Shown: positions 35,113 through 46,776 of the stretch, one piece after another
Layout of the letters: every line of letters starts with the position of its first letter
How positions within the stretch are numbered: the stretch's first letter is position 1
DNA from: Pseudothermotoga sp.
GTDB taxonomy: Bacteria > Thermotogota > Thermotogae > Thermotogales > DSM-5069
Assembly: GCA_031962025.1 (NCBI GenBank)
Contig: JAVRKW010000002.1
DNA: 64,000 bases
Direction: 5' to 3' (one strand)
Program-made: the position numbers and the translations under genes
The notes under the pieces: generated by a model
Databases searched by the model: none
What the model was told of the DNA's origin: nothing
Seen by the model: only the letters and a program-made list of their open reading frames with translations

Positions 35113-36150
35113 ATGAAGATGAAAATCATAGATATTCGAAGTGATACCGTCACAACTCCCACAGAGAAAATGAGAGAGGCAATGTACCAAGCACAGGTCG
35201 GCGATGATGTCTATCATGACGATCCAACGGTGAACGAACTTGAAGAATTGGCAGCACAGATAATCGGCAAACAGGCTGCTATCTTTGTACCTTCAGGCAC
35301 CTTTGGAAATCAACTTGCGATACTCACTCACACCCTCAGAGGCGATGAAGTGATAATTCCATCTTCAAACCACATCTTTGTTCATGAAGCTGGTGCGCCA
35401 GCGGTGATATCGAATGTTCAGCTACATCTGCTGGATGATCCATACGGGATGCCACCGATAGAGAAAATAGAAAAAGCCATAAGAGACGAAGACATTCATT
35501 TTCCAAGAACCGGTCTGATCTGCATGGAAAACGCCCATTCCAGTGGAAAGGTTGTGCCTGTGGATTATCTTGAAAAAGTCCACCAGTTAGCCATAAAGCA
35601 TAACATACCAGTTCATTTAGATGGCGCAAGAATATTCAATGCAGCGATAGCTCTGAATGTTGATGTAAAACAAATTTCAGCCACAGCAGATTCTGTCATG
35701 TTCTGTCTATCCAAAGGTCTGGCAGCACCTGTTGGTTCAATTCTAGCTGGAACAAAAGAATTCATCGAAAAGGCTCGAAGGGGAAGAAAATTAATGGGAG
35801 GCGGAATGAGACAGGCAGGTATTTTAGCTGCGGCTGGAATTGTGGCACTCACACAGATGATAGACAGACTCAAAGAAGATCATGAGAATGCAAAAATACT
35901 TGCACACCTTTTGAGCAATATACCCCATGTGAAAGTCTTTGAGGATCAACTGGACATAAATATGGTCTTTTTCAAATTCGATCTGATTCCAGCTCAGATT
36001 TTTGTAAATGAGATGCTCAAAAGAGGCATAAAAATAAATCCACCATTCGACGGAGTCTATCGTTTTGTGACTCACAAAGACATTTCAAAACAGGATCTGT
36101 ACACAATCACCAACGCTTTTGAACAAATTGTCAAATCGTTCACCAAATGA
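35113..36150 (+). CDS. ltaE: Low-specificity L-threonine aldolase
   Basis: DIRSDTVT, VGDDVY, HLDGARIFNA, FCLSKGL, GGGMRQAG. Confidence 0.93.
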   Translation: MKMKIIDIRSDTVTTPTEKMREAMYQAQVGDDVYHDDPTVNELEELAAQIIGKQAAIFVPSGTFGNQLAILTHTLRGDEVIIPSSNHIFVHEAGAPAVISNVQLHLLDDPYGMPPIEKIEKAIRDEDIHFPRTGLICMENAHSSGKVVPVDYLEKVHQLAIKHNIPVHLDGARIFNAAIALNVDVKQISATADSVMFCLSKGLAAPVGSILAGTKEFIEKARRGRKLMGGGMRQAGILAAAGIVALTQMIDRLKEDHENAKILAHLLSNIPHVKVFEDQLDINMVFFKFDLIPAQIFVNEMLKRGIKINPPFDGVYRFVTHKDISKQDLYTITNAFEQIVKSFTK

Positions 36151-36178
36151 AAAAGGGGCAAAAGCCCCTTTTTCATTT
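36145..36178. terminator. Bidirectional terminator between convergent ltaE and rny
   Basis: AAATGAAAAAGGGGC-aaaa-GCCCCTTTTTCATTT. Confidence 0.8.
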
Positions 36179-37705
36179 TGCATACGCAACTGAACGTTTT
36201 TCTCTTATCACAACAACCTTGAGAACGCCTGGATATTCAACTTCCTCTTCGATTTTTTTGGCGATTTCATAGGCGATTTTATCTGCCTGGGCATCGTCTA
36301 TTTTTTCCGGCTCGACTATAACTCTGACTTCTCTTCCTGCCTGTATCGCATAAGCTTTTTCAACATTTTTGAAGCTCATCGCAATTTTTTCCATCTTCAC
36401 AAGTCTTCTTATGTAAGTCTCCAGGCTTTCTCTTCTTGCTCCAGGTCTTGCCGCTGAAAGTGCATCTGCTGCGGCAACCAGAACAGATTCCGGACAGATT
36501 GGCTCCTGTTCACCGTGGTGGCTCATTATCATGTTTATGATATAGTCAGATTCTCCGTAGCGCTTTGCAATCTCTGCACCAATCTCCGTGTGAGAACCTT
36601 CAACTTCGTGATCGAGTGCTTTACCTATGTCGTGCAGTAAACCACCACGCCTGGTCCTGTCGACATCGAGTCCAAGTTCTTCAGCCATTAATCCGGCAAG
36701 CTGAGCAACTTCGATTGAATGATCAAGCACATTCTGTCCATAACTCGTCCTGAACTTCAGCTTTCCCAATAATTTCACCAGTTCTGGATGTAGTCCCGTC
36801 ACACCTGTTGCAAAAGTTGCTTCCTGTCCCGCGTCTTTTATCATTTTCTCAATTTCCTGTTTGGATTTTTCATACATCTCTTCGATTCGTGCTGGATGGA
36901 TTCTTCCATCAACTACGAGTTTCTCAAGGGTGAGTCTTGCTATCTCTCTTCTTATTGGATTAAAACTCGATAGCACAACGACTTCGGGAGTGTCGTCGAT
37001 TATCAAATCCACCCCTGTTATTTTTTCAAATGTCCTTATGTTTCTACCTTCCCTGCCTATGATTCTGCCCTTCATGTCATCGGACGGCAGGCTCACAGTG
37101 GATACAGTTATCTCACCGACATACTCAGGCGCATACCTTTGAACGGCTATCGCTATGATTCTTTTTGCTTCTTTTTCAGCTTCTTCTTCATATCTATCTT
37201 TTATTTGCTTGTAAAGGATTGCAAGGTCGTGCTCGTATTTCTGCCTTGCTTCTTCCATAACAATTTCTCTGGCTTCTTCGACAGTCATACCAGCCAGTTT
37301 ATTGAATCTCTCATCCAGTTCCTTCTCGCGCTGCTCCACTTTTTTCTTCAATGCTTCAAGTTGAACTCTCAGTTGCTCGACTGCTACTTCTTTTTTATCA
37401 ACTATCTCTTCACGCTTTGAAATCATTTCTTCACGCTTGAGAAGTCTTTCTTCAAGTGATCTCAGCTCTGCTTCACGTTTCCTTTTTTCGTTCTCGATTT
37501 CTTCTTTGATCCTGTGCGCTTCTTCTCTGGCTTCGATCACTGCTTTTCTCTTTATTTCCTGTGCTTCCTGCTCTGCTTTCTTCAAGATTGATTCTGCATC
37601 CTGCTGAGCTTTTCTATTTTTTTGTTCTATTTGTGATTTACTTAAAAAATATCCCACAGCCAGACCAACCAGAGCTGTAATAACACAGACTACGACAGTT
37701 ATCAT
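36173..37705 (-). CDS. rny: Ribonuclease Y
   Basis: N-terminal TM, coiled coil, KH motif [15 protein letters not shown] motif LLHDIGK. Confidence 0.96.
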   Translation of the reverse strand: MITVVVCVITALVGLAVGYFLSKSQIEQKNRKAQQDAESILKKAEQEAQEIKRKAVIEAREEAHRIKEEIENEKRKREAELRSLEERLLKREEMISKREEIVDKKEVAVEQLRVQLEALKKKVEQREKELDERFNKLAGMTVEEAREIVMEEARQKYEHDLAILYKQIKDRYEEEAEKEAKRIIAIAVQRYAPEYVGEITVSTVSLPSDDMKGRIIGREGRNIRTFEKITGVDLIIDDTPEVVVLSSFNPIRREIARLTLEKLVVDGRIHPARIEEMYEKSKQEIEKMIKDAGQEATFATGVTGLHPELVKLLGKLKFRTSYGQNVLDHSIEVAQLAGLMAEELGLDVDRTRRGGLLHDIGKALDHEVEGSHTEIGAEIAKRYGESDYIINMIMSHHGEQEPICPESVLVAAADALSAARPGARRESLETYIRRLVKMEKIAMSFKNVEKAYAIQAGREVRVIVEPEKIDDAQADKIAYEIAKKIEEEVEYPGVLKVVVIREKRSVAYAK

Positions 37706-38154
37706 TCACTGGCACCTCCTTCTATGTCAAATGATCTCAAATACTCAGTTGAGAATCCCCTTCTGTAAAGGAATTCTCGCACATTTTCACTGTCCACCTT
37801 ATGCAGATGAACGATCTTTTTCATAACAGAAACAAGGTCAACTTCTTTCATAACTTTATCGATAGCTTCATTTATCAGATGCTCTGGCACTCCAAGTTGC
37901 TTCAATTTTGCCTTTATCCTGTGCGGACCAAAACCCTGTACTGTGAGCATATCGTATGCAAAAAGGTATGCAAATTTTTCATCATCGATCAACCCTGTTT
38001 TCTCAAGATTTTCTATCACATCCTGCACTATCTGGTCTGAGAAACCTTTTTGCAACAATCTTTCGTGTAATTCTTTTTTCGATCTGACTCTGAATCTGAG
38101 CAATGTTTTTGCATAACTCAGAGCCCGCTGAAGGTCATTGTGTACTTTTTTCAT
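37702..38154 (-). CDS. recX: Regulatory protein RecX
   Basis: [26 protein letters not shown]. Follows recA. Confidence 0.88.
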   Translation of the reverse strand: MKKVHNDLQRALSYAKTLLRFRVRSKKELHERLLQKGFSDQIVQDVIENLEKTGLIDDEKFAYLFAYDMLTVQGFGPHRIKAKLKQLGVPEHLINEAIDKVMKEVDLVSVMKKIVHLHKVDSENVREFLYRRGFSTEYLRSFDIEGGASE

Positions 38155-39184
38155 CAGATGCCTCCACTGGTAGATTGTATTTCTGTCTTATTTTCATTTC
38201 AATTTCCTTTGCTATCGAAGGATTTTCGACAAAATAACTCACGACATTGCTCTTTCCTTGACCGAGTGAATACTCTTTTCCATCGTCCGCAACATAGAAA
38301 AACCAGCTTCCCTTTCGCTGTATAAATCCTTCGGCGAGTCCCACGTTGAAAAGTTCATTTTCTTTCACAATGCCTTTTCCGTAGATGATATCAAAATCTG
38401 CCTTTTTAAAAGGCGGTGCAACTTTGTTCTTAACAACCTTCGCAGTAACGGTGTTCCCAACGATATCATTACCTTCTTTGATCACCTCACCTCTTCTCAC
38501 TTCTATTCTCATTGTTGCGTAGAACTTGAGCGCAAGCCCGCCAGTTGTTGTTTCTGGATTACCGAACATGACACCTATTTTCATCCTTATCTGGTTTGTG
38601 AATATGACGATCGCTTTAGATCTATTTACATTACCTGCGATCTTTCTCAAAGCCTGTGACATGAGCCTTGCCTGAAGACCCACCTGCATGTCACCCATAC
38701 TGCCTTCAATCTCAACCCTTGGAACCAGTGCGGCAACAGAATCGACAACCACAAGGTCCACTGCGTTGCTTCTGACCAATTCATCCACTATTTCCAGAGC
38801 CTGTTCACCGTAATCCGGCTGTGATATAAGCAGCGTTTTAAGGTCAATGCCAAGTGCTTTTGCGTAAGCTGGATCGAGTGAATGTTCTGCATCAACAATG
38901 GCAGCTATTCCACCACGCTTCTGCACCTCGGCAATGGCGTGAAGTGCTATGGTGGTCTTACCGCTGGATTCCGGTCCGTAAATCTCTACAATTCTTCCTC
39001 TTGGATACCCACCAACACCTGTGGCAATATCCAAAGATAAAGAGCCGGTTGGTACAACCTCGACTGGTGTAACCTGACCCTCTTCACCGAGAATCATTAT
39101 CGAGCCTTTTCCAAAATTACTTTCAATTTTCTTAATTGCCTTTTCAAGCACCTCGGCTTTCGCTTTCTGTTCTTTTTCATTCAT
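38135..39184 (-). CDS. recA: Recombinase RecA
   Basis: [42 protein letters not shown]. No intein visible. Confidence 0.98.
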   Translation of the reverse strand: MNEKEQKAKAEVLEKAIKKIESNFGKGSIMILGEEGQVTPVEVVPTGSLSLDIATGVGGYPRGRIVEIYGPESSGKTTIALHAIAEVQKRGGIAAIVDAEHSLDPAYAKALGIDLKTLLISQPDYGEQALEIVDELVRSNAVDLVVVDSVAALVPRVEIEGSMGDMQVGLQARLMSQALRKIAGNVNRSKAIVIFTNQIRMKIGVMFGNPETTTGGLALKFYATMRIEVRRGEVIKEGNDIVGNTVTAKVVKNKVAPPFKKADFDIIYGKGIVKENELFNVGLAEGFIQRKGSWFFYVADDGKEYSLGQGKSNVVSYFVENPSIAKEIEMKIRQKYNLPVEASDEKSTQ

Positions 39185-39740
39185 TTCTGATCAGTCCTCC
39201 TTCAAATCTGCACTCATAGATCTTTTTATAGATTGGTCCAGACGGTGTCAATACAGATGAATAAACGCTGAAGCGATCAACTGCAACAATTATTGGTTCG
39301 AAGGTGATGTCTTCGATCAAAGCCTGCCATGCACTGGGAAAGTCTTTAACCCTACCTATTGTGATGTGAGGCGAGAATCTTTCCTCAAAAGAAAAGCTGT
39401 GTTTTACCAGTTCTGCTTTCATTTCCTCGTATAATTTCTGCAGGCTTTGATTTGATTTCACACCAAGCCATATCACTCTTGGTTGATTTCCTTTTGAAAA
39501 ATAACCTATTTTCTCAACTGTGTACGAAAAAGACGGAAAACCTATAACTCTGTGGCACAGATGCTCCGCTACTTCATCGATCTGTTTTTGGGAAACCTCT
39601 CCAAGAAAGAACAACGTCAGATGAACATTTTCTCTGCTCACCCAGTTCGCTTTGAAGCCTCTTTTCATCAGTTTTTCAACAGATTGCTGTGCTACATCAC
39701 GAACAGCATCATTCACATCGATCGCGATGAATGTTCTCAA
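39177..39740 (-). CDS. thpR: RNA 2',3'-cyclic phosphodiesterase (2H family)
   Basis: MRTFIAI and two HxT motifs (HLTL, PHITIGR). Confidence 0.9.
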   Translation of the reverse strand: MRTFIAIDVNDAVRDVAQQSVEKLMKRGFKANWVSRENVHLTLFFLGEVSQKQIDEVAEHLCHRVIGFPSFSYTVEKIGYFSKGNQPRVIWLGVKSNQSLQKLYEEMKAELVKHSFSFEERFSPHITIGRVKDFPSAWQALIEDITFEPIIVAVDRFSVYSSVLTPSGPIYKKIYECRFEGGLIRNE

Positions 39741-39743
39741 AAT

Positions 39744-40262
39744 TCATCCCCCCAGTACCTTTCTGTTTTGCAAAACATATATTAAAGCAGAAACAAAGGT
39801 GAAGAAAGCACAGGAATAAACGAAGAGCTCCTCAATAAACTGAATTCTATTTAAAAAGGTGTTTTCAAAAAAAACAAAAGCGATCAAAGCCATCTGCAGT
39901 AAGGTTTTGACCTTTCCCCAGATATTTGCCTGAATCACATTGCCGCTGCTTGCTGCCAGGATTCTCACGGCACTCACAACACTATCTCTTGAAACGATGA
40001 GCGCGACCAACCACGCCGGTATCTGAGGTATCATCGCAACCATTATGGAGCTTACAAAAACTTTATCGGCGATTTGATCCAGAACCTTTCCGCTTCTTGT
40101 AACCTGATTCAATTTTCTGGCAAAAAAACCATCCAGATAATCGGTCAAAGCACCTATCAAAAATATCAGCAAAGCCCATTGCCATTTTCCCAAAACTATA
40201 AGTATAAAAACAGGAACTGTCAGAACAACTCTTATGAGCGTCAGGGTGTTTGGCAGATTCAT
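39744..40262 (-). CDS. pgsA: CDP-diacylglycerol--glycerol-3-phosphate 3-phosphatidyltransferase
   Basis: MNLPNTLT, TDYLDGFFAR..GKVLDQIADK, GKVKT. Confidence 0.9.
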   Translation of the reverse strand: MNLPNTLTLIRVVLTVPVFILIVLGKWQWALLIFLIGALTDYLDGFFARKLNQVTRSGKVLDQIADKVFVSSIMVAMIPQIPAWLVALIVSRDSVVSAVRILAASSGNVIQANIWGKVKTLLQMALIAFVFFENTFLNRIQFIEELFVYSCAFFTFVSALIYVLQNRKVLGG

Positions 40263-41551
40263 ACCAGTACTCCCTCCATGTCATACTCGTTTGCACTGAC
40301 TATTCGAACTTTATAATAATCTGGGACCTTGATTTTCCGTTCTTTACTGAGGAACACATTTCCGTCGATTTCAGGTGCGTCCAGATGACTTCTTGCTATG
40401 TACCTGTCCTTTTGCCGCTGTTCTACAAGAACTGTCAGAACACGTCCGACAAATCTGTTAAGCCTCTCATACGAGATCTGGCTTTGAAAAATCAAGAGCT
40501 CTTCATACCTTTCCTGTGCTGTCTGAATTGGTACTTTTTCATCGATCAAAGCTGCGGCTGTGCCTTCTTCGTCCGAATACACAAAAGCGCCCAGCCTGTC
40601 AAATTGCGCCTGCTTCAAAAAATGCAAAAGCTCCTCAAAATCCCTGTCTGTTTCGCCGGGAAAGCCCACGATGATACTCGTTCTTATCGCCGCATCCACG
40701 TTCAGATTTCTTATCTTTTCAATTAACCTGAGCAGTTCTTCACTTGTTCTGGATCTTCCCATTCTCTTTAAAATGTCATCACTGCCATGCTGAACGGGCA
40801 TATCAAAATAAGGCAACAACTTTTCACAGGATAAAATCGCTTCGATGATTTTCTCGTCGATGTGATCTGGATGCAAATACAGAACCCTGATTTTGAACTC
40901 GCCATTCAGAAGATTCAGTCTCTTCAACAATAAATCCAGTGAAGGCTTTCCGTACAGATCAATTCCATAGGCTGTTGTATCCTGAGCAACCAGAATGATT
41001 TCCTTGATATTATTCTGAACCAGCCTTTTCACTTCTTCTTCGATGGTTTCAATGTTTCTACTTTTGAAACCGCCCTTGAAGGATGGTATAGCGCAAAAGG
41101 TACAGTTTCTATCACAGCCATCAGCGATTTTGACATAGGCAAAAGAACCCCTGCACGTTCTTGTAGTGTCATCGTAAACCGTTTGAGGCTGATCTACAAG
41201 GAAGGGCAGTTTTTTCTCAATGGCATCGGCAATCTGAGAAGGAGTGAGCACACCATACCAGGCATCTACTTCTGGTATTTCCAAGCGCAACTGATGTGGA
41301 TATCTTTGAACAAGACATCCTTTCACGCACAGGAAAAAGTTGTGCTTTTTCTTGTAATTGGCAAAATTTAAAATCTCTTCTATAGATTCCCTTTTTGCCG
41401 ACTCTATGAATCCGCATGTATCTATTATGACTACCTCTGCCTGATCAACATCTTTTACAATCTGATGCCCTCTACTCTTTAAGATCCCCTCCAGAACCTC
41501 GCAGTCGGCTTCGTTTTTCGGACAACCCAGTATCCTCAAACCTATTTTCAT
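40259..41551 (-). CDS. rimO: Ribosomal protein S12 methylthiotransferase
   Basis: LGCPKN, TCGFI, YVKIADGCDRNCTFCAIP, AQDTTAYG, TRAM APEIDG. Start set at MKIG. Confidence 0.93.
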   Translation of the reverse strand: MKIGLRILGCPKNEADCEVLEGILKSRGHQIVKDVDQAEVVIIDTCGFIESAKRESIEEILNFANYKKKHNFFLCVKGCLVQRYPHQLRLEIPEVDAWYGVLTPSQIADAIEKKLPFLVDQPQTVYDDTTRTCRGSFAYVKIADGCDRNCTFCAIPSFKGGFKSRNIETIEEEVKRLVQNNIKEIILVAQDTTAYGIDLYGKPSLDLLLKRLNLLNGEFKIRVLYLHPDHIDEKIIEAILSCEKLLPYFDMPVQHGSDDILKRMGRSRTSEELLRLIEKIRNLNVDAAIRTSIIVGFPGETDRDFEELLHFLKQAQFDRLGAFVYSDEEGTAAALIDEKVPIQTAQERYEELLIFQSQISYERLNRFVGRVLTVLVEQRQKDRYIARSHLDAPEIDGNVFLSKERKIKVPDYYKVRIVSANEYDMEGVLV

Positions 41552-42101
41552 CGATCTTCTCACCCTTTAAAATTTTTCTTCTTTTACTTAAATACAGTTC
41601 ACGGACATGTTCAAGTTCCTTTTTGTAATCTTCGCTTCTGTAATTTGGATATGTAAATTCCCAGTGTCTGAACTCTCCAGACAGATAGAGCAAAGTCACT
41701 TCTGCGTAAATGCCATTTTTCAGATAAATGCGGTTCCCCCATGGTTTAGTCGAAGCCAAGACAAAATTCGAATGATGAACATAGCCCGGGTCCATGTTGA
41801 ACTTTCTCTTTCCCTCGACTGCATATTTTTCTTCCAATCGATTTGTTAGCACCTTTACATCAGCCAGCAGTGAAGGATGTATGAGTCTCTCAAAACTCAC
41901 AAGTTTACCCTTCAAATCAGAGCCCATCTCACGGTCATAATATGCCGTGTACAGGCTAAACGGCAGTTCCTTTGATATGTAATCTATCTTTCCAAAACAG
42001 GCTTCCAGCTCCGCACTGAGATTGGGCAACCAGTAATCGAGGTGTTGTGAAAAAACAAAGATCACCAAATTAACCGGTTCCACTCTCTTTATTTCCCCCA
42101 C
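41472..42101 (-). CDS. DUF4416-like protein of unknown function
   Basis: YY..EMG..L, NMDPGY, LASTK, RIYL..GIYAEVTL, TYPNY, recognised from memory of the family. Confidence 0.7.
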   Translation of the reverse strand: MGEIKRVEPVNLVIFVFSQHLDYWLPNLSAELEACFGKIDYISKELPFSLYTAYYDREMGSDLKGKLVSFERLIHPSLLADVKVLTNRLEEKYAVEGKRKFNMDPGYVHHSNFVLASTKPWGNRIYLKNGIYAEVTLLYLSGEFRHWEFTYPNYRSEDYKKELEHVRELYLSKRRKILKGEKIDENRFEDTGLSEKRSRLRGSGGDLKE

Positions 42102-42658
42102 ACAACCACCTCGAAGTTTTCAACGCGAATTTTCCATTCTTTTCCAGCCGAAACAACTGAACAGATACCAGTATTTCCGATAACTCTATAGCGTTTGCCA
42201 GGCTGAAGAACAACACTTTCACCAGATGCAAGAGCCATCTCATTGAAGTATACTGGATGATCAGACTTATTCACCAACTGAACCTTCGGGGTGTTGATAA
42301 CGCTGAAAAATTTCCAGGCAGAATATGTGAAAAACACCGCCGATGCCACAAAAATAACTACAAGCAGAAAAGATGTGAAACTTCCGTTCACAACAGCTTT
42401 TCTGCTTTTTTGAGATTCAACTGGTTTTGCTTCAAACTGTCCCAAAAGCTCCTGAGGATCTAAACCCAAAAATTCTGCACATTTTCTTATGTAATATTTT
42501 ACATAAAATGGTGCATCTACTCTGTCAAATTTCCCCTCTTCAATGAGTCTGATCTTCCATTCTGGAATTTGTACATTTTGAGCAAGTTCCTCTATACTCA
42601 TTTCTTTGGATTCTCTTGCCTGTCTGAGGGTTTCTCCAATTTTCACCCATTTTTCCAT
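42089..42658 (-). CDS. RodZ-like HTH membrane protein
   Basis: GETLRQARE..IEEG..Y..YIR..A.FLGLD HTH followed by one TM segment. In the usual rimO-pgsA context. Confidence 0.75.
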   Translation of the reverse strand: MEKWVKIGETLRQARESKEMSIEELAQNVQIPEWKIRLIEEGKFDRVDAPFYVKYYIRKCAEFLGLDPQELLGQFEAKPVESQKSRKAVVNGSFTSFLLVVIFVASAVFFTYSAWKFFSVINTPKVQLVNKSDHPVYFNEMALASGESVVLQPGKRYRVIGNTGICSVVSAGKEWKIRVENFEVVVWGK

Positions 42659-42682
42659 AAAGACCACACCCTGTCAGGTAAT

Positions 42683-43357
42683 CTACACATTATTATACCA
42701 GTTCGCCTGATGTCTCAGACCTTTTTCATCGAGAAAGTGGATACCATGAGAATCTATACATTTATCAATGGAATCGAGTACAAGATCTCTATGCGACTCT
42801 TTTTCCACAAAATCTATCTGATCTCCATCGATAACCAGCACGTTGCTGTTTGAACCATCAAGAAATGTTTTATCGTAGTAATAACACAACTGCTCCCAGT
42901 ATGATCTTTCCACACCGATCTCGTAATTTCTACCTCTTTTTTCAATTCGCGAAATAGCAGTTTGAACAGAACATTTTATGTAAACCAGTAATTTCGGCTG
43001 CGGTGATATTTCAAACATCGTTTTGAAAAAATTCTCATAAACAGAATACTCAACAGACTGTAGAAAACCCATTTTTCTCTGCATCTTCACAAAGACAAAA
43101 TCGCCAGCCATAGAACGATCCATCACGGCTCTTTCGGTCTGGCTCGCCTGTTTGATTTGCAAAAAGCGTTTGTGCAAAAAATAAAGTTCCATGGTCAAAC
43201 ACCATCTGTGCTTATCTTGGTAGTATTTTTCAAGAATCTTGTCTGCCAGCTCATCACTCATCTCATAAAATCCGTTCATCGATCTGTACTTTTCTAAAAT
43301 CTCTACCAGCGTTGTTTTGCCCGCGCCGACGGTCCCTTCTACGACAATCTCAAGCAC
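42683..43357 (-). CDS. Deoxynucleoside kinase, paralog 2 (Dgk-like)
   Basis: EGTVGAGKTT, MELYFL, DRS, RIEKRGR..E. Start inferred at the GTG after AGGAG. Confidence 0.85.
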   Translation of the reverse strand: MLEIVVEGTVGAGKTTLVEILEKYRSMNGFYEMSDELADKILEKYYQDKHRWCLTMELYFLHKRFLQIKQASQTERAVMDRSMAGDFVFVKMQRKMGFLQSVEYSVYENFFKTMFEISPQPKLLVYIKCSVQTAISRIEKRGRNYEIGVERSYWEQLCYYYDKTFLDGSNSNVLVIDGDQIDFVEKESHRDLVLDSIDKCIDSHGIHFLDEKGLRHQANWYNNV

Positions 43358-44009
43358 CCGCAACACTCCTTGTGAGAAACTTTCCATCGTACTGATAGAT
43401 TGATTTTCCGCGATCTTTCAGAACCTGTTGAATCACCGTATCGATCTGACTGAAATTTTCATCGATCAGATCTGTATCGATTATCAAAAGAGTAGAAAGA
43501 TCGTAATGTGAAAAGAAATTCTCATATTCCTGATTCAGTATTTCCCAGTATCCTTCATCAATCTGAAGTTCCCAAAGCCTGCCGCGTTTTTTGATCCTAT
43601 CAATAGCCGTTTTTGTCGAACATCTCAGGTATATCATCAATTCTGGTGGAGACGACAGTTCAACCAGCTGACTGTGCAGTTGTTCGTATATCAGATACTC
43701 AAGTTCTGTCATTTCACCTCTTTTTAGCAGTACCTTTGGAAAGATATGGTCGCAGAAAATGGAACGATCCATTATCACATCGATCTTTTTACATCCAAGC
43801 TTCATCTGTTCAAATCTCTTTGTTAAAAAATAAATCTGTAACTGAAACCCCCATTTTGTCGGATCGGCATAGAATCTCTCCAGTATCTGCATCAGATGCT
43901 GGTCTGTAAGCTCGTACAGAGGTTCCAAAGACAACTTCTGCGCCAGACAGTTTATGAAGGTTGTCTTGCCGGCACCGACTGTTCCCTCAACTATGATTTT
44001 TGGTCTCAT
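43350..44009 (-). CDS. Deoxynucleoside kinase, paralog 1 (Dck/dAK-like)
   Basis: EGTVGAGKTT, FQLQIYFL, DRSIFCD, RIKKRGR..E. Confidence 0.88.
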   Translation of the reverse strand: MRPKIIVEGTVGAGKTTFINCLAQKLSLEPLYELTDQHLMQILERFYADPTKWGFQLQIYFLTKRFEQMKLGCKKIDVIMDRSIFCDHIFPKVLLKRGEMTELEYLIYEQLHSQLVELSSPPELMIYLRCSTKTAIDRIKKRGRLWELQIDEGYWEILNQEYENFFSHYDLSTLLIIDTDLIDENFSQIDTVIQQVLKDRGKSIYQYDGKFLTRSVAGA

Positions 44010-44776
44010 CGTCCGATCTCTCTCAGTATTTTTCTCAGATTCTGGTGAATCGAAGGAACAGCCGCCACAATTTCACCCGATTCAAGATCATAATCTTTCT
44101 CCAATCCCGTGACGATAACACCTGCCTCCTGTGCAATCAGAACCCCGCCGGCTGTGTCCCACGGTTTGAGACCAACTTCCCAGTAACCGTCAAGCTTACC
44201 GCATGCAAGATAGCACAGTTCAGCCGCAGAAGAGCCGAGTATTCTAATCTCCTGAGTAACTCTGGCAAGTCTTTCTATGGTCCTGATTGTCCAGTCGAAC
44301 AAAGATTCGTCATACGGCCAGCCAGTAACAAGAAATGATCTTTCCAGTGATGGACTGTTTTTGTTGACAATCTGGACCCCGTTCAAAAAAGCGCCAGAAC
44401 CCTTTTTGGCATAAAACAGCTCACCGCTCATGGGCAAATAAACAGCCGCCTCTGCTATCTGACCGTAATCTATTCTGGCTATGCTGACCGCAAAATATGG
44501 AAGAGAATGGGCATAATTCAAAGTGCCATCGATCGGATCAACCACAAAAATGCACTCGGCATCGGGTATCTTTGTATTAACATCTTCTTCCTCAAGGACG
44601 AATTTTGCATGCGGAAGGTGCTTTAAGATAGTATCCACAATGATCTTCTGGCATGCCAAATCAACCTCTGTTACCACATCGGAGACCCTGGTTTTTATAT
44701 TGATCGTATGCTCGCTTTCAAATCTCTCTTTCGCATAGTCTCCCGCCCTTTTTGCCGCTTCACAGATCAGTTTCAT
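44006..44776 (-). CDS. suhB: Inositol monophosphatase family protein
   Basis: [23 protein letters not shown]. Confidence 0.85.
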   Translation of the reverse strand: MKLICEAAKRAGDYAKERFESEHTINIKTRVSDVVTEVDLACQKIIVDTILKHLPHAKFVLEEEDVNTKIPDAECIFVVDPIDGTLNYAHSLPYFAVSIARIDYGQIAEAAVYLPMSGELFYAKKGSGAFLNGVQIVNKNSPSLERSFLVTGWPYDESLFDWTIRTIERLARVTQEIRILGSSAAELCYLACGKLDGYWEVGLKPWDTAGGVLIAQEAGVIVTGLEKDYDLESGEIVAAVPSIHQNLRKILREIGR

Positions 44777-46734
44777 TTTCTCAGCTCCTCTCTCAATCTG
44801 AAAATCTCATCTCTCAGCTTTGCCGCATCTTCATATCGAAGCTCACTCGCCGCTCTGTACATCTCCTGTTCAAGTAAAGCGATGTATTCTTCTTTTGTAA
44901 GATCATTGGCAAAATCGGCATAATCGATTTTTTCAGGCTGATCCATGTATTTTTCGAATATCTCTATTTCAAGTGGTTTAACGATCGTTTTAGGTGTTAT
45001 ACCGTGTTCCTGATTATACTGTATTTGTATCCTTCTTCTTCGATTTGTTTCGTCTATTGCTCTTTGCATTGCCGGTGTTATCTTATCTGCGTACATGAGA
45101 ACCTTGCCGTTGAGATTTCTGGCAACCCTTCCGATAATCTGTATCAGTGTAGTCTCAGATCTCAAAAAACCTTCCTTATCAGAATCGAGTATGGCAACCA
45201 GCGACACCTCAGGAAGGTCAAGACCTTCTCTGAGCAGGTTTATGCCGACAACCACATCCACATCACCGCGGCGGAGCTTTTTGAGCACCTCGATCCTTTC
45301 AATCGCATCGAGTTCAGAATGAATGTACAGAGATCTTATACCAAGTTCTGTGAGATATTCGCTCAACCTCTCGGCAGTCTTTTTTGTCAGCACAGTCACA
45401 AGTGCTCTTTCCTTTCTTTCGGTGACCTTTCTTATCTCGTTGACAAGATCATCAATCTGATACTTAGTCGGTCTCACTTCTACCTGTGGATCAACAAGAC
45501 CTGTCGGTCGAATTATCTGCTCAACCATCTGCTCACTCACCTGATATTCAAATGGACCGGGTGTTGCCGATACAAATACTACCTGTGGAACCTTTTTCAA
45601 AAATTCCTCGAAGGTTAAAGGTCTGTTATCAAAAGCAGATGGGAGCCTGAAACCATAATCCACAAGATTCTTTTTTCTGGAATAATCACCTCTCCACATT
45701 GCTCTCAACTGTGGCACGGCAATATGAGACTCATCGATGAAAACTATAAAATCTCTGTCAAAATAATCCAAAAGTGTATAAGGCGGCTCACCCGGTGCTC
45801 TACCGTCAAAATGTCTGGAATAATTTTCAATACCAGTGCAATAGCCAAGAGTTGACAACAATTCCAAATCGTGCATCGTTCTCTGTTCAAGCCTCTGTGC
45901 TTCTAAAAGTTTACCCTGGTCCTTCAGCTCGCTCAATCTCTGCTTTAGTTCAATCTTAATCGATTCAATGGCTCTTTTGAGTTTTTCTTCTGTTGTTATG
46001 AATTCCACAGCAGGGTAGATTATCAGCTTTGAAAATTCTTCCAAAAAAGACCTGTTCATTTTATCAAAAGACTCTATTTTTTCTATAGTCGATCCGAAAA
46101 ACTCAATTCTTATACCCTCATCCTGATAAGTCGGATAAATCTCCAGCACATCTCCACTCAATCTGAAGCAACCTTTAACCGTTATCTCACTGCTTCTTGT
46201 GTACCCTATCCTTGCAAGTTGCTGTGCAACAGTGTGTGGAGAAATCTTTTGACCTACATAGAGCTGGATGTTCATTTTATCAAAATCATCCGGATCACCT
46301 GAAGCGTATATACTTGAAACACTTGCCACCACAACAACGTCCCGTCTGGTTCTGACAGATTTCAGTGTGGACATCCTCATTCGAACAAGGACATCGTTTA
46401 TATCCGCATTTTTTTCTATGTACAGGTCCTTAGTTGGTATATACGCCTCCGGTTGATAATAATCGTAATAACTGATGAAATACTCAACCCTGTTATAAGG
46501 AAAAAAGCCCTTGAACTCGCCGTAAAGCTGTGCGGCAAGTGTTTTATTAGGAGAAATGACAAGGGCTGGTTTGTTCAAAAGAGCTATGACATTTGCCATC
46601 GTGAAAGTTTTGCCACTACCAGTTACGCCAACCAGCGTCTGAAATCTGTAACCCTTCTTAATACCATCGACAAGCTTATCTATTGCCTGAGGTTGATCGC
46701 CAGTCGGCTGATATTCACTTACAAGTTTGAACAC
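44773..46734 (-). CDS. uvrB: Excinuclease ABC subunit B
   Basis: [38 protein letters not shown]-terminal UVR. GTG start after GGAGGT. Confidence 0.97.
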   Translation of the reverse strand: MFKLVSEYQPTGDQPQAIDKLVDGIKKGYRFQTLVGVTGSGKTFTMANVIALLNKPALVISPNKTLAAQLYGEFKGFFPYNRVEYFISYYDYYQPEAYIPTKDLYIEKNADINDVLVRMRMSTLKSVRTRRDVVVVASVSSIYASGDPDDFDKMNIQLYVGQKISPHTVAQQLARIGYTRSSEITVKGCFRLSGDVLEIYPTYQDEGIRIEFFGSTIEKIESFDKMNRSFLEEFSKLIIYPAVEFITTEEKLKRAIESIKIELKQRLSELKDQGKLLEAQRLEQRTMHDLELLSTLGYCTGIENYSRHFDGRAPGEPPYTLLDYFDRDFIVFIDESHIAVPQLRAMWRGDYSRKKNLVDYGFRLPSAFDNRPLTFEEFLKKVPQVVFVSATPGPFEYQVSEQMVEQIIRPTGLVDPQVEVRPTKYQIDDLVNEIRKVTERKERALVTVLTKKTAERLSEYLTELGIRSLYIHSELDAIERIEVLKKLRRGDVDVVVGINLLREGLDLPEVSLVAILDSDKEGFLRSETTLIQIIGRVARNLNGKVLMYADKITPAMQRAIDETNRRRRIQIQYNQEHGITPKTIVKPLEIEIFEKYMDQPEKIDYADFANDLTKEEYIALLEQEMYRAASELRYEDAAKLRDEIFRLREELRK

Positions 46735-46776
46735 TGCCAGTACCTCCAAAAAATCACAGCGTGTGCTTTAAAAAAA

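Noticed and set aside
45004..45618. Long antisense ORFs (204 aa here, 255 aa at 34174-34941)
   Set aside because: Opposite well-conserved genes (uvrB, liv binding protein), with no motifs or RBS.
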